Shown here piece by piece: positions 12,557 to 25,825 of a stretch of DNA of 64,000 bases (position 1 is its first letter; each line of letters opens with the position of its first letter). Position numbers and translations under genes: made by a program. This stretch comes from Paramecium tetraurelia (Eukaryota): assembly GCA_000165425.1 (NCBI GenBank), contig CT867999.1:186001-250000 (forward strand), in the 5' to 3' direction. The notes under the pieces were generated by a model. The model saw only the letters and a list, made by a program, of their open reading frames with translations, did no database searches and was not told the DNA's origin.

Positions 12557-14645
12557 ATGAAAAACAGAACAGTCATTCTATTGGTACTAATCTGTAGTGC
12601 AGTTACAGTGTTAGGAGAGCCAGTCGTAGTGTCATAATCATTCACCGGAAATGCCTTCAATGATGCTGATGGTAATAAAACAAACAATTTAATAGGTTGG
12701 GTCGTTGCTGGTGGACCAGCTCATGTTACTGAATGCAGTGGCACAAAAATGTTTGGAGGTTTCGGAAAATTTGGTGCCAGAGCAGTTGCAAGCAAATTAT
12801 TTGAGTTGCCACCACATTCTTCAATAAACTTGAAGGTTTAATTTTGGAAGTAAGATATATGTACTGATAAATACTTAGAATTGACTCATGGGATAATGAA
12901 GAAGGATACATCTTTGTTGATGATTAACTTGTGTGGTCCAGAAAGTTCTAATACAATGAAGGTGATGGATAAAAGTGTGGATAAGGTGGAGACTGGAAAG
13001 AAATGACTCTTAATCTTAACCTAAATATCAAACACACAGGTGCAACTGCAGTTGTTGTGTTTACATCAAATTTGAATGAAGCCGCAGATAATGTAATTTT
13101 ATAAATCTTATAAAATAGGAATCTTGGGCCATCAGAGATTTTGTTTTGGCTGTTGAAAGATGTCCAGAGGGTTGCTCTGCTTGTTAGGTTGATGATAAAG
13201 CCGAAAATTGCTAATTCTGGTAGTCATTCGCCAATAGTTGGGGATCTTTAGATTCAAACTAATTAGGTGCTGATGGCTGGGATGTTGCTGGTGGATAAAA
13301 TGCTGCTACTAATTGTGGAGGTATATAAAAATAATTATCAATTCATAGGTGTTGCCTTATTTGGTGGTTTTGATAAGACTGGTTCTAAAGCTGTAATTAG
13401 TAAGGTCTTAAAAATTAAACCTCATTACAAGTTGAAGATTAAAGTGCTTTGGGCTAAAATTGACTCTTGGGACAATGAAGCTGCTTAAATCAAAATTGAT
13501 GGAAAGTTAGTTTGGGAAAGAAGATTCTAATGGCATGAGGGTTACTTTGGCAAGATCTGTGGATGCCCTGTCTTTGAATGGAAATCAATGTTTGCTAGAA
13601 CCGAAGTTGACATTGATCATACCGGTGAATAAGCTAAAGTTGAATTCACCACAACTTTAGATGAAGCTGCAAACAATGAATCATTTGGTTTGAGAGATTT
13701 ATACATTTTCTATGCATCCTGCTCTGAAAATTGTGATGAATGCACAGGACCTAAAGATTCTGATTGCAAAAGTATAATAATTAGTTATTATTATTAGAAT
13801 GTGCCAATAATTGGGCTTTGGTTGGAGGAAAATGCTAAGCTTTACCAAACTTCATTCTCTTGGAACAATCCTTTTTGGAAGATAAATTCACAGGAATTAA
13901 CGGATGGGTTCTTAATAAAAACAAAGGAGGAAGATAAATTAACGAATGCAGTGGCAAATCAATGGTCGGAGGTTTTGATATTATGGGTGTTGGTGCTAGT
14001 GCAACCAAGACTTTTGATGTCCCACCACACAAAAGACTTAGACTCTAATCCACAATCTACAAAATCGACTCTTGGGATGGAGAATTCATGATTATCAAGG
14101 TTGATGGAACTGAGGTATGGAAGACTTCATGGAATCTCTAAACCGGAGGTGCTAACTTCTGTGGATAAGGAGTTTGGTTTGATGGTATTACAGGAGTAGA
14201 TTAAATCTTTAATCACTAAGCTCCAAAAGCTGAAATTGTATTCACATCCACTTTGGATTAAGATGCTGCTGATGGTATTTATAATTTTATATCCTTTAGA
14301 ATCTTGGGGTTTCAGAGATTTCAAGTTATGGTATGAACCAAAAGAAGCCTGTGCAGTTTTCTATAGTGAATGCGATTACAAGGGAGCCTCATTCGAATTC
14401 TGCTCTAAATCTCCTGATTTCTAAAAGGACAACATTCCACCATAAATTAGATCCATCAGAGTACCACCATAAGGAAGAGTGACCTTATATGAAAGCACTG
14501 ATTACAATGGAAAGAAGGTTACTTACACCTAGGATCAACCTTGCATTCAAAACTTTGATGTAAGATCTTAACATTATTTATATAGTTTTCATTGATTTAA
14601 ATGAGTGCAAACGTTGAAGGAGGCTGGATTGAAGTCGAACAATGA
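12557..14645 (+). CDS. Secreted/surface protein with three LPPH-KIDSWD-ESWG repeats, Cys-rich linkers and a C-terminal beta/gamma-crystallin domain (possibly PCM-family-like)
   Basis: Signal peptide MKNRTVILLVLICSAVTVLG; three repeats each with (L/K/V)P(P)H, KIDSWD and ES(W/F)xxRD; C-terminal CAVFYSECDYKG...IRSIRVPPQGRVTLYESTDYNG; seven short introns. Confidence 0.85.
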
Positions 14646-15750
14646 TTCATATACATATACATAGAACAAAAATATAAAATATCCATTAATAATATATTAC
14701 ATTAAAGCCTGTTTATATGTATGATGCTAAAATTATACTAAGAACTTTTTTTGAAATCCAATAGTCAAAATCTTAAGTTGAAATTATAATGTATATTTAT
14801 CTACTAAAAGGAGAAATTATTGCACAAGAGTAACATTTAAGATTTTCATAAAACTTTAATTCAATCACTACATTTATTTCTTATATATATTTTTTAGTTT
14901 ATTTAACACTCTAATAGCTGCACCTCGCGAATATATCATAGATCCTCATTGTAAACTTAATCATTGATGAATATTATTCAAACAAAATTATATTGAATAA
15001 ATAAGCTGTGCTATCTACACGCAGATAAATCTTACTTAGCTCATAAATTTTTAAGAAAAAATATATTAAAAGTATATTTCAAAACCTCAAAAATTCACCA
15101 GCACCAATCTAATTATTGAATAATATTAAATTTCACAAAATTTATTGGAGAAAATCAAGGATACTGAACTAATGATAATAAGTACATTAAAAATTAAGAA
15201 TAGGCAAAGACATTAGCCATTTAATGTATATAAAAATATAAAAAACTTGACAGAAAGACTCTAGGAGCTGAAGTATGATTTTTCTCATAATTATTAATAT
15301 TTATCAGATTATCATTTTTCTTGAATAAAAACAATAAAATTAAAAGTGTCAATACTATTAAATGTGAAAATATAGGGATTCGAAATAAAAACATGGGAAA
15401 AAATTTTGTTCTTTCTCACAAAGAATCAATAATATAATTCACACCATGATATTTGTGACTGTTCTTCACAGATTCAAGCTTTTTACTGATTTTGATAGAG
15501 AGCAATCAGTTATCATTTGGTTTATGAAAACTAAAATCAAAAACCTATATTGAGGCAGGCCTGAACTCATTTGTAACTAGATTAACAAAATTATTGCAAA
15601 AACAAAATTCTCGCTTTAACCATATATTTTGTGAAAATTGAAATTATTAAAGTATTAATAATAAAGCATGAAATACTTCTTAATTAAGTTTAAAAAATAA
15701 ATTTTTTAAAATTCATTTTTAATGTATGAAATAGGAGATGTTATTTATTT

Positions 15751-17050
15751 ATGAGTTTCAAAACAGTGATCTTAATATTACTAAAGTATAGTGATTAGAG
15801 CCCCTTAAGTTGTATCTCAATCATTAAAAGGAAATTAAGACATAGATCGTTATATATGAAATGAATGATCTATAAGGCTGATAGGGTGCTTGATGTATGA
15901 TTAAATTACAGAAGGTCCAATCACATTTATTTTTTAACTTTGGAGATCCTAGAACCATGTAAATTGCAAGCAAATTATTTGAGTTGCCACCAAATTCTTC
16001 AATAAACTTGAAAAGTTTAGTTTTAGAAGTAAGATATATGATAATTAATTGGAATTGACTCATGGGAAAATGAAGCGGTTTACATCTTTGCGGATGATCA
16101 AGAAAATTCTAATATAATGAAGGTGATATATAAAAGGATGGATAAGGTAGGAATTGGAAGAATGACTCTTAATCTTAATCTAAATATTCAATATATAGGT
16201 TGGAATATTGCAAATAGGCTGAATTCAGCTGCTGATTTTGAAGGTGCATTTAGAATAATCAAAAAATGTCATTTCGTTTTGCGATTTTCATAAGACGAGT
16301 GCTAGAGTAGCAATTACTAATGTCTTAAAACTAAACATCATCACTTATAAATAATTAAAGCGTTATTGAGAAGAAATTGACTCTTAGTAAGAATGATGTT
16401 GTTTAAATTAGAGTTAGTCAAAAGTTAGTTTTGGGAAGAAACTAAAGCTAGCTGCTAACAATCAATAAGTTTGTTCTAAAGACTGTATTATTTTCTATTC
16501 ACTTAAAATTTGCTTATGTGTATGAATTAAAATTTTTGATTCCAAAGTACTAAAACCAATATTATGGTTGATTAATAAGAAATTCGGAAACCCTTCTGAT
16601 AATCTTTAAATTGAAGAGGCATCGTTATTATGCAAAAGGATTTTTTTATGGTACTATTTAAGTAGATTAAATTTTTAATCATTAAACTACAAAGTAAAGC
16701 TGAAGATGGATTTTCATCATTTTTATATTATGATGCTTCATGCGGTATAAAAATAATTAATACATTTTGGATTTAAACTCTAATATCTTTTTGAAAGGAA
16801 AAATCTGGAGTTTAATCGGAATTCTCAAATATCTGAAAAGATCGATCTCTTTTCTTGTGCAAATCGAAGAGAATTCCTTTTTGGGGAAGTTTGGTGTAAT
16901 TTAAAAGGAACATTTCAAAGGGAAGAGTAATTTATACATTAGATCAAACAAGGCTTGAAAATTGAATTCAATGATTTTTACTTAGTATAAGAACGTCGCT
17001 GCTTCAGATAAGTGGATAATTAAATGAGGCTGAGTTGAAAGGTCTATGAT
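15751..17050 (+). pseudogene. Decayed tandem copy of the 12557-14645 gene
   Basis: Start context tatt(t)atg..aacagt matches 12550-12580; 15965-16200 nearly copies 12786-13040 including the intron donor; weaker colinear matches to ~13480, ~13665, ~14090-14280 and ~14470-14640; many indels and stops. Confidence 0.85.
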
Positions 17051-17150
17051 ACTATATATGATATCATAATAATATATTTTAAGATGAGTAAGTGAGAGTT
17101 CAAACTATTTTATAAAAAAAATTTATATAATTTTCATATCATTTATACTG

Positions 17151-19044
17151 ATGTTAAACGTTTAGAATAAATTTGAAAACTTTGAATTGGAAAACAAGCT
17201 TACTTCTCTCATATAAAGATTAATGGAACCTCACATTCATAATTTTTATAAAAATTAGACACTGATAACGGAAATGTCTCAAAAATATAAAGCTTAAGTT
17301 AATGAAGTTTCAACTTTAAAAGAAAATTTGGAACCTAAATATAACGAATTAAAATAAAAGTTGTAATTTTTAGAGGATAAATTACAAGATAATTTTAAAC
17401 TTTGTATCACATAAGCTTAAGAAAAACAATAGCAAATTTCCTAGATTAAAAACCAAATTTAAGAATATAGTATATTGAATAAACAAGCAGAGAAGCAATA
17501 TATAGAATCAAAAAGAGAACTAGAGGATGTTAAGGCAAACAATACATTGTTTAAATCTTCTATAGAATAAGTGGTCAATAAATTGAACGAAAATAATAAT
17601 TTATAATTACAGGAATTAAAAAAATCGCAAATGGACATTGATTAAAGCTAGAGAAAATTGATAAGTTAAATTTCTAATTAAGAAAACAAGTTATTGGTAG
17701 AATCAATGAAAATTAATGAAATCAAGGAGGAATTATCAAAAATTTCCCTAAAAATAAAACAGGATTTCACTTTAGATAAAATGACTTTAAAGAGTCAACT
17801 GCAATAAGAAGAAATTAAAAATATTAAAATAAAATTATAAGATTAGGATAAAATATGTAATAGGATGAATTCAATAGAAATATATTTATTATATTATCAA
17901 CAATATCATGTATAAAGGTAGATAAATGATGCACTTTTTATTTGTTAACCTGTGTAATTTTTTTATAAATATGCATCATTTGAAAAGTAAAAATTGGATG
18001 AGTTTGATAAATATATTTTAAATATGAATAATGATATCAGTATCTAAGAACTAATGAATTAGCAAAAAGATATAGTGAAGAATGCTACTAAAAGATTTTA
18101 GAAGGTTTCAGAAACTGTCAAAAATATGGAAAATAATGATCAAGATTCTAACTTAGAGGATTAAAAAGGAGAAGATCAAAAAATAGTAAACCATAAAGAA
18201 ATTTAAAATTAATAGATAAAAAAAAGGAAATAATCAGCAAATTTAGTTTATTTTGAAGAATAGTTGCGTTAATTAAGGGAATATTTCGATCTTTAAATGG
18301 AGGAAAAATCAAATTAAATTGATTCCTTAAAATAAAAGATCAAATAACTTAGCGATGAGCTCTATTTGTCTTAAATATAATTTTAAGCTAGCTTAGAACA
18401 AAATATAGAAAAATAGTCGATAAATTAGAAGTTATCTATAACTAATTTACAGGAGTCATTATATGAGGTATAGAACGAATTCTAAAGGAGTGATTATAAG
18501 AAGTTGAATGAAGAAATAAATCTTCTGAAAAAATTTCAACAAAATATGATAAAATTATCTTCCAATATGTTATGCTTGTTGAAATAGGATGAATAAGATA
18601 AGGAAGGTCTAAAATTGTTAGGTGCAAAAGATATTTAAATTGACAGTGCGCTCTCGATAATGAACGTAATTTATTTAATAAAATTATTAGAGTTAAATAA
18701 ATTTGGGAAATAAGAAGAACTCGATAATATTAAATACTGATTGCATCTCATGTTCAGGATCGCCAATATAACTATTCTAATTCTTCAAAGTTGCCTGTTT
18801 AGGTTACAACCCCTCTGATGTTGAAGTAGACGGTATCTATTTTAAAAGGACTGAAATAATTCAGTAATGCTTAAATATAGTCCAAACTTGCGAGAAGAAA
18901 AATAGGGATTTGCGTCCAATAAAACAAAGATAAATTCGGTAGTTCGATCAACGGAGCAAATCAATTTAAGCATCTCCTCGTTTCTTTTCAACAGAAAATA
19001 GAACCAAATTAGCAAAATATAGTTAAATGAAAATATTTTAATGA
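17151..19044 (+). CDS. Ciliate coiled-coil protein with a C-terminal DCISCSG...KVACLGYNPS Cys motif
   Basis: Long open code-6 frame rich in Q/E/K/L heptads; one intron near 18666-18690. Confidence 0.75.
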
Positions 19045-19170
19045 ATTCAAAATTCTTTATATAATTGTTTTTGTTTCACTCATATATGATATGATTTCAA
19101 AGTGATATTTTCGCATTTATGTTATATTTCTTGTTGAGTTATTTAAATAATAAATATTAATTAAAATAAC

Positions 19171-20103
19171 ATGGATTCTAATAGTAATAAGGAGAAGGAT
19201 AAGGATATATAGTTTCTTTAGAAAAGAGTGAAATTGACTCAACAAGAAAATGAATTGCTGAGGAAGGAAAATTAATTGTAAAGATAACAACTTTCTCAAA
19301 TGAAAAATACATTTACAAATATCATATCAACTAAAAGATTAAAGACAGCAGATGGAAGAAGCAATTCAGTTTCTGAGTATATTTCATTATGAAATAACTT
19401 AGACGCTTTTAAAATGAGGATGCCTTGAGATAAGTATTGGAGATGCAGAGAAATCGAATTAATTAATTAGAAAAGGATAATGACTAGTATAAATAGAAAT
19501 ACGAGAAGATACTTTTCTAGGATAAATCATAACCATATTCTTAAACCCAGGTCGACGATTCAACAATAAAAGAACTTTATGATTTAAGAAAGAAGAACAG
19601 TGAATTAGAATAGAGAATCAAAGATATGATTAGTTAACACGCAAAGGAATTAGCAAATTACAGATAAAAGATAGCTTAATAGGATGCATAATTTATGGTG
19701 TCCTAATCTTAGGGTTTCTCTACACCTCTATCAACTTAATCATAAAAATTAGAGCCTTTAAACAATGGTGGATATCAGATTTTGAAATAAGGAATAAAGA
19801 AGTACTGAATGCTATGATACTAATCAATATTAAGTTATGCAAATTCAATATAAATTAATACTTATTAAATGTAACCAAATCCATCTCTCATATAAGGAAA
19901 AACTTGTTTGAGAAGTCATAAATGGGGACAACAAAACATCTGAAAGGAATGGAATATTCAAGGGTTTAAGACATAGGGTAGTTAATGGGAGTTTCCTTAT
20001 TAATTACAGCTCTATCATTTAAAGATTACATCATTAATGTAGTGGTTCTAATAAATTGATATTGGATAAAATATAAAGTGAACTATTTTAGAATGAAAAA
20101 TGA
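19171..20103 (+). CDS. Hypothetical coiled-coil protein
   Basis: MDSNSNKEKDKDIQFLQKRVKLTQQENELLRKENQLQ...; short introns; ends LILDKIQSELFQNEK*. Confidence 0.7.
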
Positions 20104-20329
20104 AATCAAAAGATATTCCTTTCCTTGATGATGTATAAAAAAATGTACAAAAAAAGAAATTATTTTGTAAATATGAGAGCCAAGTGAGAAATATTTGGAA
20201 TTTGGCCTGGAGTTAAAAATGTTTAATTTATTTTAAGAAACACATAAATCAGTTATGGATAGATAACAGAGAAGTATAATTAAAAAAAATATTTCAGAAT
20301 AATTATGAATTATTATAAAAATAATTTAT

Positions 20330-21046
20330 ATGCAAAAATAGATTTTAAGGCCTTAATTCTTATACTCTCTAGTTTACCAAAAGGCAACTCCTACTAGAAC
20401 AATTGGTGGAAAACTACCAGTCTATGTTACACCTGCACCTTATGGTTTGGTTGTAATCTAGGAATGGTGGGGTCTCAATTCATCCATTTGTAAAACAGCA
20501 GATATCATGAGTTCTTATGGATTCAAGTGTGTTGTGCCTGATTTGTATAGAGGGAAGATAGCTAAGGATACAGAAGAGGCAGGACATCTTCTTTCTGGAT
20601 TAGATTGGAAATAAGCTTTAATTGATATAGAAGAATCAGCACGTTATTTGAAGGAAGAATTGCATTGCTAAAAAGTTGGAATTTTGGGATTTTGTATGGG
20701 AGGAGCACTTAGCATAGCAGCGATTACAACATCTAAAATAATATCTGCTGCTGCACCATTTTATGGTGTATGTGACTTAAGTGCATTCAAATTATCAAAT
20801 GCAAATGGACCAATTTTAGCTTAATTTGGTTAAAATGATGAGATGGTAGGTTTCTCATCAGTTTAAGACGCTAAAAGATTAGAATAAACTGCATAATCGT
20901 AAGGTAATAAGAGTTTGTAAGTGAAAATATGGCCAGGAGTAGGACATGCATTTTGTAATCAAGATAGACCAGAAGTATATAACTAAGTAGTAGCTAAGTA
21001 AGCCCTAGATTTGGCAGCAAAGTTCTTACATGAAAATTTAAAATGA
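20330..21046 (+). CDS. Dienelactone hydrolase family alpha/beta hydrolase, intronless
   Basis: VIQEWWGLN, VPDLYRG, nucleophile motif VGILGFCMGG, PFYG, and GHAF His motif. Confidence 0.93.
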
Positions 21047-21068
21047 TGAATAATTTATAATAAACAGT

Positions 21069-22916
21069 TCAGTCAGAGACAATGAATTACTCATATTCTT
21101 CGATTAATTAATGTACAAAATCTAATACTTTATAATCCTCCAAAGCAACTTTAAAGCTTTATTGAAAATCATAATATTAAGAGTAAGTGATTTTGAATCT
21201 TTTATGGATTATTTGTAAATCCTACTTCTTAAAGAATCTAACTCCGTAAAGTAACAAATTAAGTTTACACAAAATACTTTGACTCATGTTGGCCTCTTCA
21301 GTCTCATATACTTAATTAAGATTTCTTTGAGCAAACTCGTACTCTAGAATCGAATGAGCCTTTGAAATCAAGTAATCCTCTCCAAGATTGACTATTAATT
21401 GACCTCTCGCTTCCCCAAGAATGATAGGCCTAATTTCATCCCAATCTTCTTTGAAATCCTCTATAATCAAGTTGTCATTGGTTAATAGTTTGACTTCTTG
21501 GATGGCTTTTTGTTTGAGTTTCTCAAAAATCTTTTCATTTATTATGGCTTTTTTGCAATGTATTAAATGTAGATCATCTCTAGTAATAGCTTTTATGTTA
21601 TATCTGAAGAAATAATGGAAAATATTGCAACAGTGAGCAGTGAATCTTTGCTTTCCTCTACGAATTATTAATTCCGATAGCATGGTATCTTACTAGCAGC
21701 TGTTCACGAAGTTGTCAATGAACTAATGAAAGCCAATTTAGTTCACATAATATTAGAGATCCTTCTTGTTGATTATAGCATATTTGTAGATATCCATTCT
21801 GCGTAATAATAATCTGATATTTTTCCAAGGAATATTTGATTCTTAAAGAGTTAAAGAAAGATAGTATTTAAAATTTGTAAGCTAAACATTTGTTAATGCA
21901 TATTTAACATGTCTCTCTCTTAAAGTTTCACAAGAATAGTTTGGCGAATCTAAATGATAAATGAGCTGAAAGAACAATCTTGCAAATTTGATTTCTTAAG
22001 TAGCCACATCAATTTTTTCAAAATAAGGAGCAAGTGTGACATCAGACAAGATTTTTTTATACATGGATTTGGTTATTGCTTAGATACCTTATTCTCCTCC
22101 ATAAATCTCATATTCCAAGACTTCATTCAGTATATAAGGTCTCATGTTTTCAATTTTTTCACAGGAATTGAACATTTTCTCTGTTGGTATATTTAAAAGC
22201 ATAAACCTATTCAGAAAGTGATACTTAAACTTAAAAAAATGAGCATGAGTCAACTGCATGCCATTATGAATCACTCTTAAACGAGCTAAATCCAAAAACA
22301 TTTATTAATCATAAGCTGTTGCCAACAAATTCCTAAAAATTTGTTTAACTCCATTTTGATTTTTATTAGGAAATTTTGGAGCGAGCATAGTATCTTTACG
22401 AGTAATATCAAAATATATTTGATCTACCTCAAAATTGAGAAGATCTTCAGTGCCTTGAGGTTTAGGAGCCACCTTACGCTTCACTGATAACTTTTGAAGA
22501 TAACTTTTAATTATTTAATCTTAAGATTTTATAGGCACCAATTATTACTATGAGTTCTAATGACTAGCTTTTCGAATAACATCATTAAATATTTATGAAT
22601 TTCGAATTATATAAGAAGGTTTTTTTTTCTAACTCCATTATTTAATAGTAAAGAGTGGCAATTCTGACCTACTTGTTTTGGAGCATGATAATTCTTTGAA
22701 TCTTAAATGTGTTTAAGGATCTCCATTGGATGCTCGTCTGTTGCTGAGAGCATAACTCAAGTTTTATTCGATTTAAAGTCCCTGTATTTATGATTCAAAG
22801 AGAGTCCTTTGGGATTCGTGATAATTATTTTGGGATTTCTTTTTGCTCGTTCTGTATTATTTAACTGCATAATTTAATACGAAATCCTTAAATGATTATT
22901 AAGAGTCAGATATCAT
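21069..22916 (-). CDS. Multi-domain truncated hemoglobin, four tandem group I-like globin domains (copy 1; 615 aa, intronless)
   Basis: 1848 nt open frame. Domain 2 EIYGGEQGIQAITKSMYKKILSDVTLAPYFEKIDVATQEIKFARLF...LRERHVKYALT is a typical 2/2 globin. Proximal His motifs LRVIH, LRERH, LHLIH, LQIIH are spaced ~115-120 aa apart. Confidence 0.85.
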
Positions 22917-22933
22917 AAATAATAAAATTTATA

Positions 22934-24989
22934 TCAATCGAAAACTATATGTTTTTTGTAGTCATCTATTACATCAAGAATAAAGTATAATTTTTGTGGT
23001 TCATCTTGCATAACTATTTTCATAGCCTAAATAAATTGGTAGATATAATTAAGTACTTATTAAAATTCGAAATATGGTTACTCTCTTATTCTTAATCGTT
23101 TATGAAGAACCTCAATATCTGTTCTTTTGTAAAAATGGAGTCCATATAGAATTAAATTGAGTTTGCATCTTAAGTTTTAACCCACAGATGATTCATTATC
23201 CTTAGTTAATTTTACTATTTACTTCAAATACTTTGTATAATAAAGGTCGCTGCATGATCTCATTTTCAAGTTTAGATGCTATTCTATTGATCACATGTTA
23301 TCCTCCAAGCTATTTTATTATAGTCTTCCTTGGTCTATTCAAAAGAATAGGAGTTATTTCTTCCCAATCCTCTTCAAAATCGCTTAATAAAATGGGATCA
23401 TTAGTTACTTTGCTTACTGCTTGCATGGCTTTCTCTTTGAATTTCTTAAAGACCTTTTCTGAAATTATAGTTTTATTCTTATGAATCGATTCAATATCAC
23501 TATCTGTAATTGACTTGACATTATCTCTAAAAAAATAATGGAAAACATTTTCACAATGAGCAGTAAATCTCTACTTCCCCCTTTTTTAAACTAAATCAAA
23601 GAGGATTGGTTCGCTTGTACATAAACGAACAAAACTATCAATGAACTCCCGATAACCTCCAGGAGAACTGAATATGCTTTCCTACAATGATTATTTGTTT
23701 AATATGGCAAATTTGTAAGTATCCATTTTCCTTAACAACATTCTAATATGCTTAAATCTGATTCCTAATTTTTACAGCGTGGTGGATAAATAAAACTTAA
23801 AATTGGCCAATTAAACATGTGTAAGCTTGTATTTTACATGTCTTTCTCTCAAGACTTCTAGGGTATAATTTGGTGATTCAGTATGATCAATCAATTGGGC
23901 AAATAATTTCGCAAACTTAACTGCTTGTTCCTCTAATTCTATTGCCTTAAAGTATGGACTTAATGTGTAATCTTTAAAGATCTTTTCATAAGTATTTTTA
24001 GCAATTTCATTAATTCCGAATTCTCCCCCGAATATCTCAAAATCACTCTTCTCATTTAATATTAATGGTTTAAAATTTTCTAATTTATAGCATCCTTTAA
24101 ACAACAACTCAACTGGAGTCTCCATATCCATAAATTGGTTTATAAAGAAATACTTAAATCTAATAAATTACTCCTTCTTTATAAACAAAGGTGCATGTAT
24201 ACTTCTCATCCGAAATGGATCAAGCAAGATTTCCTATGTGTACCCAATTCCTAAGATGCTCTTATAAATATCCTTCAAGTACTTTAATGATTTTCCCTAG
24301 AATTTGACCTTTAACTATCGATCTTGAATAATACGTGAATAAAGAGTCTCTGAATGTTAATCAAGTAGTTCATTACAACCATATTGTTTTATCTAAGTTT
24401 TTATGATTCTCTAAAATTTAGTCTCAAAGAATTTGCTTATAATTTCAGTCTAGGTCATTGGTTATTACTTTAACTCTCTATGATGGGAATGTATTTTAGG
24501 CTTTCTTAGTTGTTCAAGTTGATCTTGTACATTTCTTAATCCAGCAAAACTTGATACCTTAGTTTTTGTTGAGATGGGAGTGAATTTAAAATGAACAGGA
24601 GAATTAGGGAGTATGATGTCTTGTGAATCCCCTATCAACGGTAGTTGATAGGCAGTCTTTGCAGGAGATTGTTATTGGCTTCGAAAATTCTTGGCCTTAT
24701 TTACAAAGTCCTTCAGTGCTATTTGACATTAAGATGAATGCTTAATGACTAACTCATTTTATTAGTCAGATCGTAAAAGTGTATTTAACTATTTTTCCCA
24801 CCTTTCCTTTTTAGAGTTAATAGGAGAGCCTTATAATGGTGACAGTCGTCTTGTATTTTAGAATCTCATATCATCCTTGGTTTGCTACATTTGAATGAAG
24901 TCTCTAAAAGCCATGCTTTTACTATCTTATTTCATATGCTCAGTGGGAAATTTTATTGGGCATCTCGGTGAAGTTGAAAGATTATGCAT
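22934..24989 (-). CDS. Multi-domain truncated hemoglobin, four tandem globin domains (copy 2; 667 aa, two introns)
   Basis: Introns 23027-23056 and 23201-23222 restore the frame. Domain 2 SDFEIFGGEFGINEIAKNTYEKIFKDYTLSPYFKAIELEEQAVKF; His motifs MRSIH, LRERH, IESIH, IEVLH; colinear with copy 1. Confidence 0.87.
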
Positions 24990-25825
24990 TATTATTTAAA
25001 AATAATAAATATTGCTTATATAAAACTAACTTTATAAAAATAATTGTCTCAAATTTCTGACAGCCCTCACATTTGTTGAATTAAATTCAGTCATAAAGTA
25101 AATTTGGCTCTTTTAAAGATTATTTCTATTAGTTTTACATTTTAGTCTAAGAACTGATTATCCATCATAATATTTTAATTATAAAGTCTAAAATTAACAA
25201 ATTAAAAACAAAATTTTAACAATTTAACTTATCAATATATATATTAGTCGATTAAATTCTTATTTAACAGCTACGTCAATAAATTTAGCATATGTTAAAT
25301 AACACTATCTAAAAGTAATTCATAAATTATTTAAATAAGTTTTTTTAATTCTAAATTATAAAAACTGCAAGCTTATGGTAACTACTCAAAATCAAACTGG
25401 AAAATAGTATTTCTCGTTTTATAAATTTGTAACAAGATGAAACTATTCCTAATATTTAATTAAATTTTATTATTGTTTTAAGTTAATCTTAAATAAAGTT
25501 TCTTTATTATAGAAGTATTTATTTATAATTATGACTCTATATTCTTATACTATATAATCAAGTAATAAAGATATTCTCAATTAATATCATATCGTATTAA
25601 GTAAATAAACCATTAAATAAATAAATTATATTCTAGATTATGTCTTTGAAATTCGATTGATAATAATGTTATGTATACTTTTACGATAAATCATCATCTT
25701 AAAATCCAATCAACAGACTTTGAATTTAAATTAAAAATAAAGAAAAATTAGATTTGATTACTCAAACTTTGGTATTTATTAATTAATATTTTTCTAAGAT
25801 ATTTTTAATAATAAATTTAAATTAT

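Noticed and set aside
15445..15492. Possible C/D snoRNA (atgata...ctga with a small hairpin)
   Set aside because: Box C does not match RUGAUGA and there is no terminal stem or recognisable guide.
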